A model generated the notes under the pieces. The model had not been told where the DNA came from and ran no database searches. It worked only from the letters and a program-made list of their open reading frames with translations. From Chthonomonadales bacterium (GTDB lineage: Bacteria > Armatimonadota > Chthonomonadetes > Chthonomonadales > Chthonomonadaceae): 47,804 nt of DNA. The stretch lies in the NCBI GenBank assembly GCA_038217285.1, contig JBBQPO010000013.1:1-47804 (forward strand), read 5' to 3'. Positions 34,563-43,522 of this stretch are shown here, one piece after another (position 1 is the stretch's first letter; each line of letters starts with the position of its first letter). A program made the position numbers and the translations under genes.

Positions 34563-36140
34563 TCAGTGTCCTTCGGCATAGACCTTGTCGAGGAAGAGAT
34601 AGTGTGCCCGGTCTTGCACAGGCTCTGCGACTGCGGTGACATCGAGATGCATCATCTGCGCCATCGACCCACGATTCATGGCAGGCCAGTCCGGCAGCCC
34701 TGCACCGTTGGGGTTGCCGGTCTTGATGAAGTTGGCGAAATAGTTCTGCATCGTCGCGGAGACTTTGCGGTCCTCGTCGGTCCAGGCATAATGCGGGTTC
34801 AAGTCCAGATTGCCCAGCGCGTACTCGATCTCGACCGAGTGGAACGCCCCTGCTTCGCGGGGGCGTGGGTGGGAGTACCAGTAGCGATAGACCGGCTTGC
34901 CGCCCGTCTTGCCATGCAGGTCCATCCACTTCCAGGTGCCAAATCCGATAAACCGGTCGCTGGCCAGCGCCGTGGCGGCGGCCTTCGCTTCCGCGTCGGT
35001 GGACGCGCTGTAGGCATTCAAAGCGTCGTCCGCATGCGTCTTGTAGAGCGCCCGTAGTGCGCGTGCGAAGCCTTCCTGTGTGGCGGGTGCGCCTCCTAAG
35101 ACCGCCCAGGCACTCGCCTCTTCGGCATTCCACCCGGCCAGCAGCGGCACATGCGCCTGCTCCCCCGCGGTGTAACTATCGAGCGGCGACTTCGACAGAA
35201 AGTAGCCGTCGATCGTGAGGCCAAAACGGAAGGGGTTGGATTTGGAGGCATTCAGAACCTGCTGTGCCGACATCGCCCGCAGCGCCGCCAGGGAAGCGGC
35301 TCCGTTCTCGGCTGCAAAAGCAACCCCGTTCTTCTCCGTCTGTTCCCGCGACTGCGCTGCGAGCGTCAGGCCGATCATCGCGCCGCTCTCTCCAATGGCT
35401 CCGGTGATCAGGTTTTTGGACAGAGGAGAGACCATCTGTGCGCTCACCGAGAAGGAGCCCGCCGACTCGCCCGCAATCGTGATCTTCTTCGGGTCGCCTC
35501 CGAAGGCGGCGATGTTCTCCCGCACCCAGTGTATGGCCGCGCTCTGATCCAGCAAGCCATAGTTGCCCGAGGCGTGGTGCGACGACTCCTGCGTCAGTTC
35601 GGGATGGGCGAAGAAGCCGAAGATGCCCAACCGATAGTTGACGGTGATCGCGACCACCCCGTTGCGCGCCATGCTCTCGCCGTCGTAGCGCGGCTCCGAG
35701 CTGTCGCCTGCCACGAAACCGCCGCCATAGAAATAGACGAGCACCGGCAGACGCTCTTTTGCCGACGTTGCAGGCGTCCATACGTTCAGGGTGAGACAGT
35801 CCTCGCTCATCCCCTCCGAGCGCCAGACCATGTCTCCGAAAACAGGCAACTGCATGGGGCGCGGACCAAAATGATCGGCCTTGCGCACCCCTTTCCATCT
35901 CTCCAATGGCTGCGGCGCTTTCCAGCGCAGATCCTTGACGGGCGGAGCCGCAAAGGGAACCCCTTTGAAGACACGCACCGAAGAGTCGGAGCCGGACACA
36001 CCCGACAGCAGGCCGCTTTTCACGCGCACGGTTTCAGCAATCTGTGCCGAAACCGCACACGGCAATACCGTTAAGACAATAGTCGCCGCCCCTAACGGTC
36101 GAGAAAGCACAACCGGCAGCCAACGAAGAAACGTACGCAT
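34563..36140 (-). CDS. Type B carboxylesterase (PnbA-like), exported
   Basis: FKGVPFAAPP, SEDCLTLNVW, YGGGF, NYGLLDQ, FGGDP, GESAG nucleophile, GAFHSVEI; signal peptide. Confidence 0.95.
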   Translation of the reverse strand: MRTFLRWLPVVLSRPLGAATIVLTVLPCAVSAQIAETVRVKSGLLSGVSGSDSSVRVFKGVPFAAPPVKDLRWKAPQPLERWKGVRKADHFGPRPMQLPVFGDMVWRSEGMSEDCLTLNVWTPATSAKERLPVLVYFYGGGFVAGDSSEPRYDGESMARNGVVAITVNYRLGIFGFFAHPELTQESSHHASGNYGLLDQSAAIHWVRENIAAFGGDPKKITIAGESAGSFSVSAQMVSPLSKNLITGAIGESGAMIGLTLAAQSREQTEKNGVAFAAENGAASLAALRAMSAQQVLNASKSNPFRFGLTIDGYFLSKSPLDSYTAGEQAHVPLLAGWNAEEASAWAVLGGAPATQEGFARALRALYKTHADDALNAYSASTDAEAKAAATALASDRFIGFGTWKWMDLHGKTGGKPVYRYWYSHPRPREAGAFHSVEIEYALGNLDLNPHYAWTDEDRKVSATMQNYFANFIKTGNPNGAGLPDWPAMNRGSMAQMMHLDVTAVAEPVQDRAHYLFLDKVYAEGH

Positions 36141-36197
36141 CGAGTCCCTCCTTCAAAACCTGTTGGTATTAGAATCGAATGATCGTTTGTGATCGTA

Positions 36198-37172
36198 CTA
36201 AAAAGTAAGCTTGCCGTCGAGGGCGTTTGCGCCGATGGCGTGCAGGAGTGCGATGCAGCGCGCGGTGCCTTTCAGGCTCATGAGGACGCGGGGCAGGTGG
36301 ACGCCCTGACTCGGCAGGGCGATGGAGAGTGTGGGCGCGATGGGCGAGAACAGATACGTCTGGCTGCCGCTGCGGGCCGCCGACAGGTGAAACTCGACGC
36401 CCTGCTGCTCCATCACCTCTGCAACGCGGATACCGAACATCGGGTCGATGAAGTTTCGGCCTTCGAAGATTCGGATCGCGGGCAGGTCCAGACGACCCTC
36501 CCCGATATTCTGAATACCGGGCACATCGGCGTTGGCGATCAGTTGCAGTGCAGGCGCGTGGGCTTGCAGGAAGGTGACCGCTTTGCGGGCCACATCCATC
36601 GCGCACTCCTCGGCCATCACGAACAGCGCTCCCACTTCCGGAGTGTTCAGCGCCATCACCGCCTCCAGGACCGCATAGGCCGTGACGCGGGGATCGAGCG
36701 CCTTACCGTCGATGGTATCGCCGTCGAAGATAGTCTCCTGCTGAAAGGTCCAGCCCGTGCGATACGGTCGGATGCCCGCGCCGTAGAGCAGCATCCGCTC
36801 CTCGCCGTTGACATCCGATACTTCGCCCCGCACCGGAAACGCCTCTGCACCACTGGTTGCCAGATAGTCGAACGCCTGCAGCTTGAAGCCGGCGAACAGC
36901 TCTGGAGTATTGCCCCAGGCCCGCGTCAGGAAGCCGAGATCGGCGTGTGGACCGTAGACGCACCCGCCCACCTCATCGACATGCGCGACGAACACGACTT
37001 TCAACGCCTCCGGCCCGGCTCCCGCCTTCTGAAACAGACAGAACCCGTCGGAGACGAACGTCTGATCGTAGCTGCTGCCAAAGCGCTCCGCCAGCATGTT
37101 CATCGCTGGCAGGCAGGCGGTTCCTACCGATGGCACCTCCGTCCACGCTTTCAGAAACGCCGTATCTATCAA
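36198..37172 (-). CDS. M42/M20/M28-clan metallopeptidase-like protein
   Basis: VPSVG, AHVDEVG, KALDPR, AEEC, NADV, GVHLP motifs; TTG 37172 with GAAGGAG SD. Confidence 0.75.
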   Translation of the reverse strand: MIDTAFLKAWTEVPSVGTACLPAMNMLAERFGSSYDQTFVSDGFCLFQKAGAGPEALKVVFVAHVDEVGGCVYGPHADLGFLTRAWGNTPELFAGFKLQAFDYLATSGAEAFPVRGEVSDVNGEERMLLYGAGIRPYRTGWTFQQETIFDGDTIDGKALDPRVTAYAVLEAVMALNTPEVGALFVMAEECAMDVARKAVTFLQAHAPALQLIANADVPGIQNIGEGRLDLPAIRIFEGRNFIDPMFGIRVAEVMEQQGVEFHLSAARSGSQTYLFSPIAPTLSIALPSQGVHLPRVLMSLKGTARCIALLHAIGANALDGKLTF

Positions 37173-37191
37173 CTTTCGACTCCTTCTTCGT

Positions 37192-37944
37192 CTATTCCGA
37201 TGCGAAAAGCGAATCACCGACTAGCAGCGGATTCTCCGCCGTCAGGTCGAATACCTCCGTGAAAGCCTGCACGACGACAGGTAGGAGTTCCGGGAGGGTG
37301 ACGGAGCGCCCGAGGAGACGGGTGAGGGAGGTGACACCGTAGTCATGGATGCCGCAGGGCACGATCAGGTCGAAGTGCGAGAGGTCGGTCTGCACGTTGA
37401 GGGCGAAACCGTGCTGCGTGATCCAGCGGCTCAGGCGGATACCGAGGGCGGCGACCTTGGCCGGGTGCGGGGTGTCGAGGCCGGTCCAGACACCGGGATA
37501 GCCGGGAAAGCGACCGGCCACGATTCCGAACGCCGCGACCGTCTGGATCATCGTCTCTTCGATATTGCGTACATAGCGGTGCAGATCGGGCTGGTGGGGC
37601 GCATCTCGCAGGTTGAAAATGGGATAGCCGACGAGCTGGCCCGGCCCGTGATAGGTGACATCCCCACCCCGGTCGCTCTCGACGACCGCGACGCCTTCGC
37701 GCTCCAGCCTTTCGTCCGCCGCGACGATATGGCTGCGGTCGGCGGCGCGCCCGAGCGTCAGCGTCGGCGGGTGTTCAAGCAGCAGCAGCGTATCGGGGAT
37801 CTCACCCGCCAGCCGCCGAGTTGCCCGGTCCCGCTGCACCTCCCAGGCCGCCCGATACTCCATGCGTCCCAGCCACTCCACCCGCATCTCCACGCCCACA
37901 CTCCCGTTATCCTGCGTCTCTTCTCCTCTGCTGCCGTTCGACAT
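37192..37944 (-). CDS. lipB: Lipoyl(octanoyl) transferase
   Basis: LLEHPPTLTLGR, DRGGDVTYHGPGQLVGYPI, KVAALG, HGFALNV, IVPCGI. Confidence 0.96.
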   Translation of the reverse strand: MSNGSRGEETQDNGSVGVEMRVEWLGRMEYRAAWEVQRDRATRRLAGEIPDTLLLLEHPPTLTLGRAADRSHIVAADERLEREGVAVVESDRGGDVTYHGPGQLVGYPIFNLRDAPHQPDLHRYVRNIEETMIQTVAAFGIVAGRFPGYPGVWTGLDTPHPAKVAALGIRLSRWITQHGFALNVQTDLSHFDLIVPCGIHDYGVTSLTRLLGRSVTLPELLPVVVQAFTEVFDLTAENPLLVGDSLFASE

Positions 37945-38061
37945 GATCTTTTCCCTATGCGTTGAAGCGAGCGAACGTCTCTTCCAGGCCGTCTGATCGC
38001 GTATAGTTCCCTATACGCATCAAAGGGACCGGGAATCAACCCGCATAGGGACTGTCTGAGT

Positions 38062-39474
38062 TCAGACAGAAGTGGAGGCGCGGACGATGAGTTGGCCAGG
38101 GACGGTAATACGACACGCGTCCACCGGAGCGCCTTCGATCAAGGCGATCAGGCGTTCCGCAGCCAGGCGACCTATCTCGCGAAAAGGCTGCCGGGTGGTA
38201 GTCAGGCCGCCGCACGTATGCTGCGCGTCCGGAATGTCGTCGAAGCCGGTCACGGCGATGTCTTCCGGAACACGCAGTCCGTGCGCGCGGATTACCCCAC
38301 ACATTTTCGTTGCCAGGGAATCGTCACAGGCGACAATCGCTTCTGGAAGAGACGGAAGCCGCATCCAGGCTTCCCATGCCTGTGTATAGCCTTTTACCTT
38401 CCACCGATCCGGCTCCAGAATCGCTTCCAGGTCCGGATCGTACGGCAGACCGGCGGCCACAAGCCCTGCGCGGTAGCCATCACGACGATCCCTCAAATTG
38501 GAACTGACGTTGCCGTTGAAGGCGAGCGGACCAATATAGGCGATTCGTTTCCGCCCGCTTTCCTTCAGATGCACGACCATATCTCGCATGGCGGCGACAT
38601 TATCGACATTCACGTATCCGACGGCGTCCGGAACATGGCGGCTTAACAGGGCCACCACCGGCAGCCCTGCGGCGGCGATTCGCTCCAGCGCCGATGTTTG
38701 GAGGTGTGGCGCGACCCAGAGCAGACCGTCGATATGCCCATTGAGGAAATCCATGCCGGAGTGTCGCTCGGGACGATCCGGCCAGCCGGTAAAAACCAGG
38801 ATGTCGTGCTTTGCCCGTTCGGCTGCTTCGTAGATCCCCGCGACGAGAGGGGGCGTGATCGACTTGCCGACATCCTCGTCCAGATTGCCCAGCCCGAAGA
38901 CCAGCAGACCGAGGATATGGGTTCGGCGCTGCCGGATGGCCCGCGCGAGCGCGCTGGGCATGAAGTTCAGCGCCTCCATGGCGCCGCCGATCCGGCTACG
39001 CGTCTCCGCACTCATGCGCCCTTTGGCATTGATGAAGTTCGAAATCGTCGTGGCGGACACGCCGGCGCGCCGGGCCACATCCGCGATAGTCGCCCGCTCT
39101 TTGCGAAGTACTGTCGCTGTCGCAGGCGTTTCGGCATCGACCGTTTTGATGACAGACTCTATCGGCACGGGCATGGCTATCGCTGCGGATTCGTCTACAA
39201 CGCCTCGAAATGTCGAATCACGCTCGGTATGGCGGTGAATCCAGTTGGCCACGCTCTGGTGATTGACGCCGAGATCACGGCTAATCCGGCGGATCTTCAA
39301 GCCCTGCGCGTAGAGTTCGACCGCACGACGCTGCAGGGCGTCCGAATAGCCGCGTCGGGGCGCGTCCGGAGTATAGCGTCGCTCGCAGTGGGAACATTTA
39401 TACCGCTGAACGCTGCCGTTTTTCCCGGCCTTTACCTGCGCCTCTGTCGCTTGACAGTAAGGACAAACCACCAT
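38062..39474 (-). CDS. LacI-family transcriptional regulator with N-terminal IS1 InsA-like zinc ribbon + HTH
   Basis: N-terminal CPYC...QRYKCSHC and HTH (RRISRDLGVNHQSVANW); then ATIADVARRAGVSATTIS LacI HTH and a sugar-binding domain (VPEDIAVTGFDD, LTTTRQP, LIVRAST). Confidence 0.92.
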   Translation of the reverse strand: MVVCPYCQATEAQVKAGKNGSVQRYKCSHCERRYTPDAPRRGYSDALQRRAVELYAQGLKIRRISRDLGVNHQSVANWIHRHTERDSTFRGVVDESAAIAMPVPIESVIKTVDAETPATATVLRKERATIADVARRAGVSATTISNFINAKGRMSAETRSRIGGAMEALNFMPSALARAIRQRRTHILGLLVFGLGNLDEDVGKSITPPLVAGIYEAAERAKHDILVFTGWPDRPERHSGMDFLNGHIDGLLWVAPHLQTSALERIAAAGLPVVALLSRHVPDAVGYVNVDNVAAMRDMVVHLKESGRKRIAYIGPLAFNGNVSSNLRDRRDGYRAGLVAAGLPYDPDLEAILEPDRWKVKGYTQAWEAWMRLPSLPEAIVACDDSLATKMCGVIRAHGLRVPEDIAVTGFDDIPDAQHTCGGLTTTRQPFREIGRLAAERLIALIEGAPVDACRITVPGQLIVRASTSV

Positions 39475-39598
39475 CGGAACCCTCGCATCTCTGGGTCTAT
39501 CTCCTGATAGATAGACAATCCCACCTAAATATCTCTCCTTATATTAGACACCGAACGCCATATCCCTTTTTATGTTTCATTTTTTGGCCTATTGAATC

Positions 39599-39655
39599 TT
39601 GACAGTGCTGTAGGCGTATGGTAAACTCCTATTAGTTGATAAACCTGGTTCATCA
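39599..39655 (+). promoter_or_regulatory. Sigma70 promoter plus operator-like palindrome for the DUF1592/DUF1552 operon
   Basis: TTGACA (39599-39604)-17 nt-TAAACT (39622-39627); TGATAAACC-T-GGTTCATCA (39637-39655), a 9-1-9 palindrome with one mismatch just after the predicted +1. Confidence 0.7.
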
Positions 39656-39678
39656 CCCTGCCACCGAGGGAGTCGCGC

Positions 39679-42168
39679 ATGCGATCAAGGATCCTGCTTG
39701 CATTACCGCTCAGTCTGGCGCCCCTGGTGACGCTGGCGCTCGTGCTGCCGTCCGGGGGACAGACCGGTCATAAACAGAGCGCTCCCGGCTTCGCACAGAC
39801 GACCGGGGCCTTTTTTGCGAAAAACTGCACAGCCTGCCATAACCCCAAAGTGAAGGCCGGGGGCCTCGACCTGCAGGCTCTGCAGCGCCCCAATTCCGTG
39901 ATGCGAGATCGCGCGTCGTGGGAGAGCATCGCACGTAAGATCCGCACCGGAGAGATGCCTCCGCCAGGGTCGCCGCGCCCCACTCTTGCGGAGATCAAGG
40001 CCACGGCGCTGCGCATCGAGGCCGAGTTCGACCGCGCCGACCGACGCGACGCCTCCAACCCCGGCAGAGTGACCGCCCGCCGCCTCAATCGCGCCGAGTA
40101 CGACAACACGATCCGCGATCTGCTGGGCGTGAACTCCCATCCGGCAGACGACTTCCCGCAGGACGACTCCGGCTACGGCTTCGACAACATTGGGGACGTC
40201 CTCTCGCTCTCCTCGTCGCAAATGGAGCGGTACGTCGCCTCCGCCGAGAAGGTTGCGCGCACCGCCGTCTTCGGCCCGGAGCCGCTGCAGCCCACGCTGG
40301 CCGTACACGAGGCGCACGGCAGGAAGATCGTCTCCATGATGGCGATTCCCGCCCATTACGACGCCTCCGGGTTCACCCTTCCCAACTCGCTCCATGTGAT
40401 GCACCGATTTCCGGAGGATGCCGAATACCTCTTCCGCCTCAAGCTCGAAGGGGTGCGGCCCCTCGGATCGGATGCGCTGCATCTCGCTTTGTGGATCGAC
40501 GGCAAGCAGAGGCAGGCCATCGATTTCGATCCGACCGGCCAGGCGGCCTTCAATGAGGATCGCCAGGACTTCTCGGCGCGAACCGTCGAATGCCGGCTGC
40601 GCGTCCCGGCGGGAGATCACTGGATCGCGGCGGTCATCACGCGGATGTACGACGGCCTCCCGACGGAGTATGCCGGCCCCAACCCCTCGACAAGGCACCT
40701 CATCGCGGCGGAGTTCAAGCCGCCGCCCGGCCTGTCGCCGGAGCGGATCGCACAGATCAAGCTGCGCGTCGAGGCCCGGCGCAAAGAGAAATCCCCGGTA
40801 AACGATGCTCGTGTCAACGTTCTGGAGATAGGCGGACCCTACGCGCAGGCGAAGGGGCCTTCCGACGAAAGCCTCCGTAAGGTCTTTACCTGTGGTCACC
40901 TGCATGGCGGGCATCAGCCGGGATGCGCGCGCAAGATCGTCGGCGACGTCGGCAGTCGGGCGTTCCGGCGGCCTCTGACAGTGCACGAGATCGACCGTTA
41001 CACGCAACTGGTCTCGCTCGCACAGAGCCAGGGCGACTCCTTCGAGGAGGGCATCTGTCTGGCGCTGCAGGGCATGCTCGTCTCACCGCATTTCCTTTTC
41101 CGCCTCGAGCGCGATCCCTCTGCGCCAACGGATGCGACCGGCCACCTGATCAGCCAGTACGAGCTGGCGTCACGCCTCTCGTATTTTCTGTGGAGCACCA
41201 TGCCCGACGACACGCTGCGGGCATGCGCCGCTCAGCAGACCCTGCGGCAGCCCGCTGTGCTGAAGGCGCAGATCAAGCGGTTGCTGCAAGACCCGCGTTC
41301 GAGCGCCCTGGCCGAGAACTTCGAGGGGCAGTGGCTGCAGGTCCGCGCGCTCGAGTCGTTCAAGCCAGACCGAGCGCGTTTCCCGGATTTCGACGACTAT
41401 CTTCGCATGTCGATGCGCCAGGAGACGCAGATGTTCTTCGAAAATGTGATACGCGAAGACCGCAGCATCGTCGATCTATTGGTTGGAAAGTACTCTTTTC
41501 TCAATCAACGTCTTGCAGAGTTCTATGGCGTCTCCGGCGTCGAGGGACCGGCGTTTCGTAAGGTCGATCTCACCGGCACCCAGCGCGGCGGGATTTTGAC
41601 ACAGGCGAGCGTCCTGGCGGTCACGTCGTATCCCAACCGGACCTCGCCGGTCCTGCGGGGCAAATGGATTCTGGAAAATATTTTAAACGCGCCGCCGCCC
41701 GCCCCTCCGCCGGGAGTGCCCACGCTGGATGTCTCGGCCGTCGGCACGGAGGCTTCCCTTCGGCAGCAGTTGGAGCAGCACCGTAAAAACCCGACATGCG
41801 CCTCCTGCCATGCGCGCATGGACCCGTTGGGATTCGGCCTGGAGAATTTCGACGCCATCGGCGCGTGGCGCGCCAACGACGGCAAGATCGTGATCGACTC
41901 CTCCGGTCTGTTGCCGGACGGACGCTCTTTCCGTGGCCCGGATGGGCTGAAGGCCCTATTGAAGACGGATCGCGCCGCCTTTGCCCAGTGTCTGACCTCG
42001 AAACTGCTCACCTACGCGCTCGGACGCGGCCTCGAGGGTTATGACAGGGCGACGGTAAAGGATATCACGCTGCGTAGCGCGGCCAACGACTATCGTTTTT
42101 CGGATCTGGTCCTGGAGATCGTCACCAGCAGACCCTTCCAGATGCGCCGAGGAGACAGAACCTTATGA
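39679..42168 (+). CDS. DUF1592/PSD-domain protein with c-type heme motifs (copy 1)
   Basis: Signal peptide, CTACH, MPP, RRLNRAEYDNTIRDL, GFDN, LASRLSYFLWSTMPD, RTSPVLRG, CASCHARMDPLG. Confidence 0.92.
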   Translation: MRSRILLALPLSLAPLVTLALVLPSGGQTGHKQSAPGFAQTTGAFFAKNCTACHNPKVKAGGLDLQALQRPNSVMRDRASWESIARKIRTGEMPPPGSPRPTLAEIKATALRIEAEFDRADRRDASNPGRVTARRLNRAEYDNTIRDLLGVNSHPADDFPQDDSGYGFDNIGDVLSLSSSQMERYVASAEKVARTAVFGPEPLQPTLAVHEAHGRKIVSMMAIPAHYDASGFTLPNSLHVMHRFPEDAEYLFRLKLEGVRPLGSDALHLALWIDGKQRQAIDFDPTGQAAFNEDRQDFSARTVECRLRVPAGDHWIAAVITRMYDGLPTEYAGPNPSTRHLIAAEFKPPPGLSPERIAQIKLRVEARRKEKSPVNDARVNVLEIGGPYAQAKGPSDESLRKVFTCGHLHGGHQPGCARKIVGDVGSRAFRRPLTVHEIDRYTQLVSLAQSQGDSFEEGICLALQGMLVSPHFLFRLERDPSAPTDATGHLISQYELASRLSYFLWSTMPDDTLRACAAQQTLRQPAVLKAQIKRLLQDPRSSALAENFEGQWLQVRALESFKPDRARFPDFDDYLRMSMRQETQMFFENVIREDRSIVDLLVGKYSFLNQRLAEFYGVSGVEGPAFRKVDLTGTQRGGILTQASVLAVTSYPNRTSPVLRGKWILENILNAPPPAPPPGVPTLDVSAVGTEASLRQQLEQHRKNPTCASCHARMDPLGFGLENFDAIGAWRANDGKIVIDSSGLLPDGRSFRGPDGLKALLKTDRAAFAQCLTSKLLTYALGRGLEGYDRATVKDITLRSAANDYRFSDLVLEIVTSRPFQMRRGDRTL

Positions 42169-43520
42169 ACTTTCTGACCCGCAATCCTCTCTCCCGCCGA
42201 ACACTGCTGCGCGGTGTGGGCGCGGCCATCGCCCTGCCCATGCTGGAGGCGATGACCCCAGCGCTCGCCGCCGCAGGCCGCGCGCGCAAAGCGCCCGTCC
42301 GCCTCGTCTTCGTCTATGTGCCCAACGGCATCATCATGAAGGACTGGACGCCGAAGGGGATGGGCAGCGAATACGAGATCACGCGCATTCTCAATCCGCT
42401 CAAGGCCTATCGGGACGATATGATGCTGCTCTCGGGGCTGGCCGACCACAACGGCAACGAACTGGGCGACGGCGCAGGCGATCATGCGCGCGCGGGCGCT
42501 TCGTTTCTGTCGGGCGTTCACTGCAAGAAGACGAGTGGGGCGGACATCCACGGCGGGGTATCGGCGGACCAGATCGCGGCGCGAGCGTTCGAGTCGCAGA
42601 CGCGCTTCGCCTCGCTCGAATTCGGCTGTGAAGACTCCCGAACGGTCGGCAACTGCGACTCGGGGTATAGCTGCGCCTACACCAACAGCATCTCCTGGCG
42701 CGGCCCCACGACACCGGTGCCGCCGGAGGTGAATCCCCGCCTGATGTTCGAGCGACTGTTCGGCACCGAAGACTTTAAGCTGGACCCTGCCACACGAGCC
42801 CGCCGGGCGGGCTACCGCAAGAGCATCCTCGATATGGTTCGGGAGGACACCCAGACCCTGACCGGCACACTGGGCCAGGCCGATAAGCGGAAGATGGACG
42901 AGTATCTCACCTCCGTTCGCGAGATCGAGCTCCGCATTCAGAACGCGGAGCGGGACACGCATGCGGTGAAGCCGGGGATCGACAAGCCGACCGGTATTCC
43001 GGTCGCGTTCGGCGACTACGTCTCCCTGATGTTCGACCTGCAGGCTGCCGCCCTGCGCGCCGATCTGACGCGCGTATCGACGATGATGATCGGACGCGAG
43101 GGCAGCATGCGCACCTATCCGGAGATCAATATCGCGGACAGCCATCATCCGCTGACCCACCATCGCAACAATCCCGAGTTCATCGAAAAGGTGACGCAGA
43201 TCAATCAGTTCCACATCGGTCTGTTCGGGCGCTTTCTGGGGCAGCTCAAGGCGACACCGGACGGCGACGGCACCATGCTCGACAACTCCCTCATCGTCTA
43301 CGGAAGCGGCCTCGGCGACGGCAACCGCCATACCCACGAGAATCTGCCCATCCTGCTAGCGGGAAAAGGCGGTGGGAGCGTGAAGTCGGGCCGTCACATC
43401 GCCTATACCAGCGAGACGCCCGTAGCGAACCTGTATATGACGCTCCTGGATCGCGCCGGCGTCCATCCCGGCTCGATCGGCGACAGCACCGGCAAACTCG
43501 TTCAACTGGATGCCATCTAA
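42165..43520 (+). CDS. DUF1552 (HXXSHH) domain protein (copy 1)
   Basis: LSRRTLLRG, YVPNG, GDHAR, SADQIAA, SCAYTNSISW, HHPLTHH, GDGNRH; ATGA overlap. Confidence 0.92.
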   Translation: MNFLTRNPLSRRTLLRGVGAAIALPMLEAMTPALAAAGRARKAPVRLVFVYVPNGIIMKDWTPKGMGSEYEITRILNPLKAYRDDMMLLSGLADHNGNELGDGAGDHARAGASFLSGVHCKKTSGADIHGGVSADQIAARAFESQTRFASLEFGCEDSRTVGNCDSGYSCAYTNSISWRGPTTPVPPEVNPRLMFERLFGTEDFKLDPATRARRAGYRKSILDMVREDTQTLTGTLGQADKRKMDEYLTSVREIELRIQNAERDTHAVKPGIDKPTGIPVAFGDYVSLMFDLQAAALRADLTRVSTMMIGREGSMRTYPEINIADSHHPLTHHRNNPEFIEKVTQINQFHIGLFGRFLGQLKATPDGDGTMLDNSLIVYGSGLGDGNRHTHENLPILLAGKGGGSVKSGRHIAYTSETPVANLYMTLLDRAGVHPGSIGDSTGKLVQLDAI

Positions 43521-43522
43521 CC

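Noticed and set aside
39230-39474. Active IS1 insertion
   Set aside because: No InsB/DDE domain, frameshift site or terminal inverted repeats seen; the domain is in frame with LacI.
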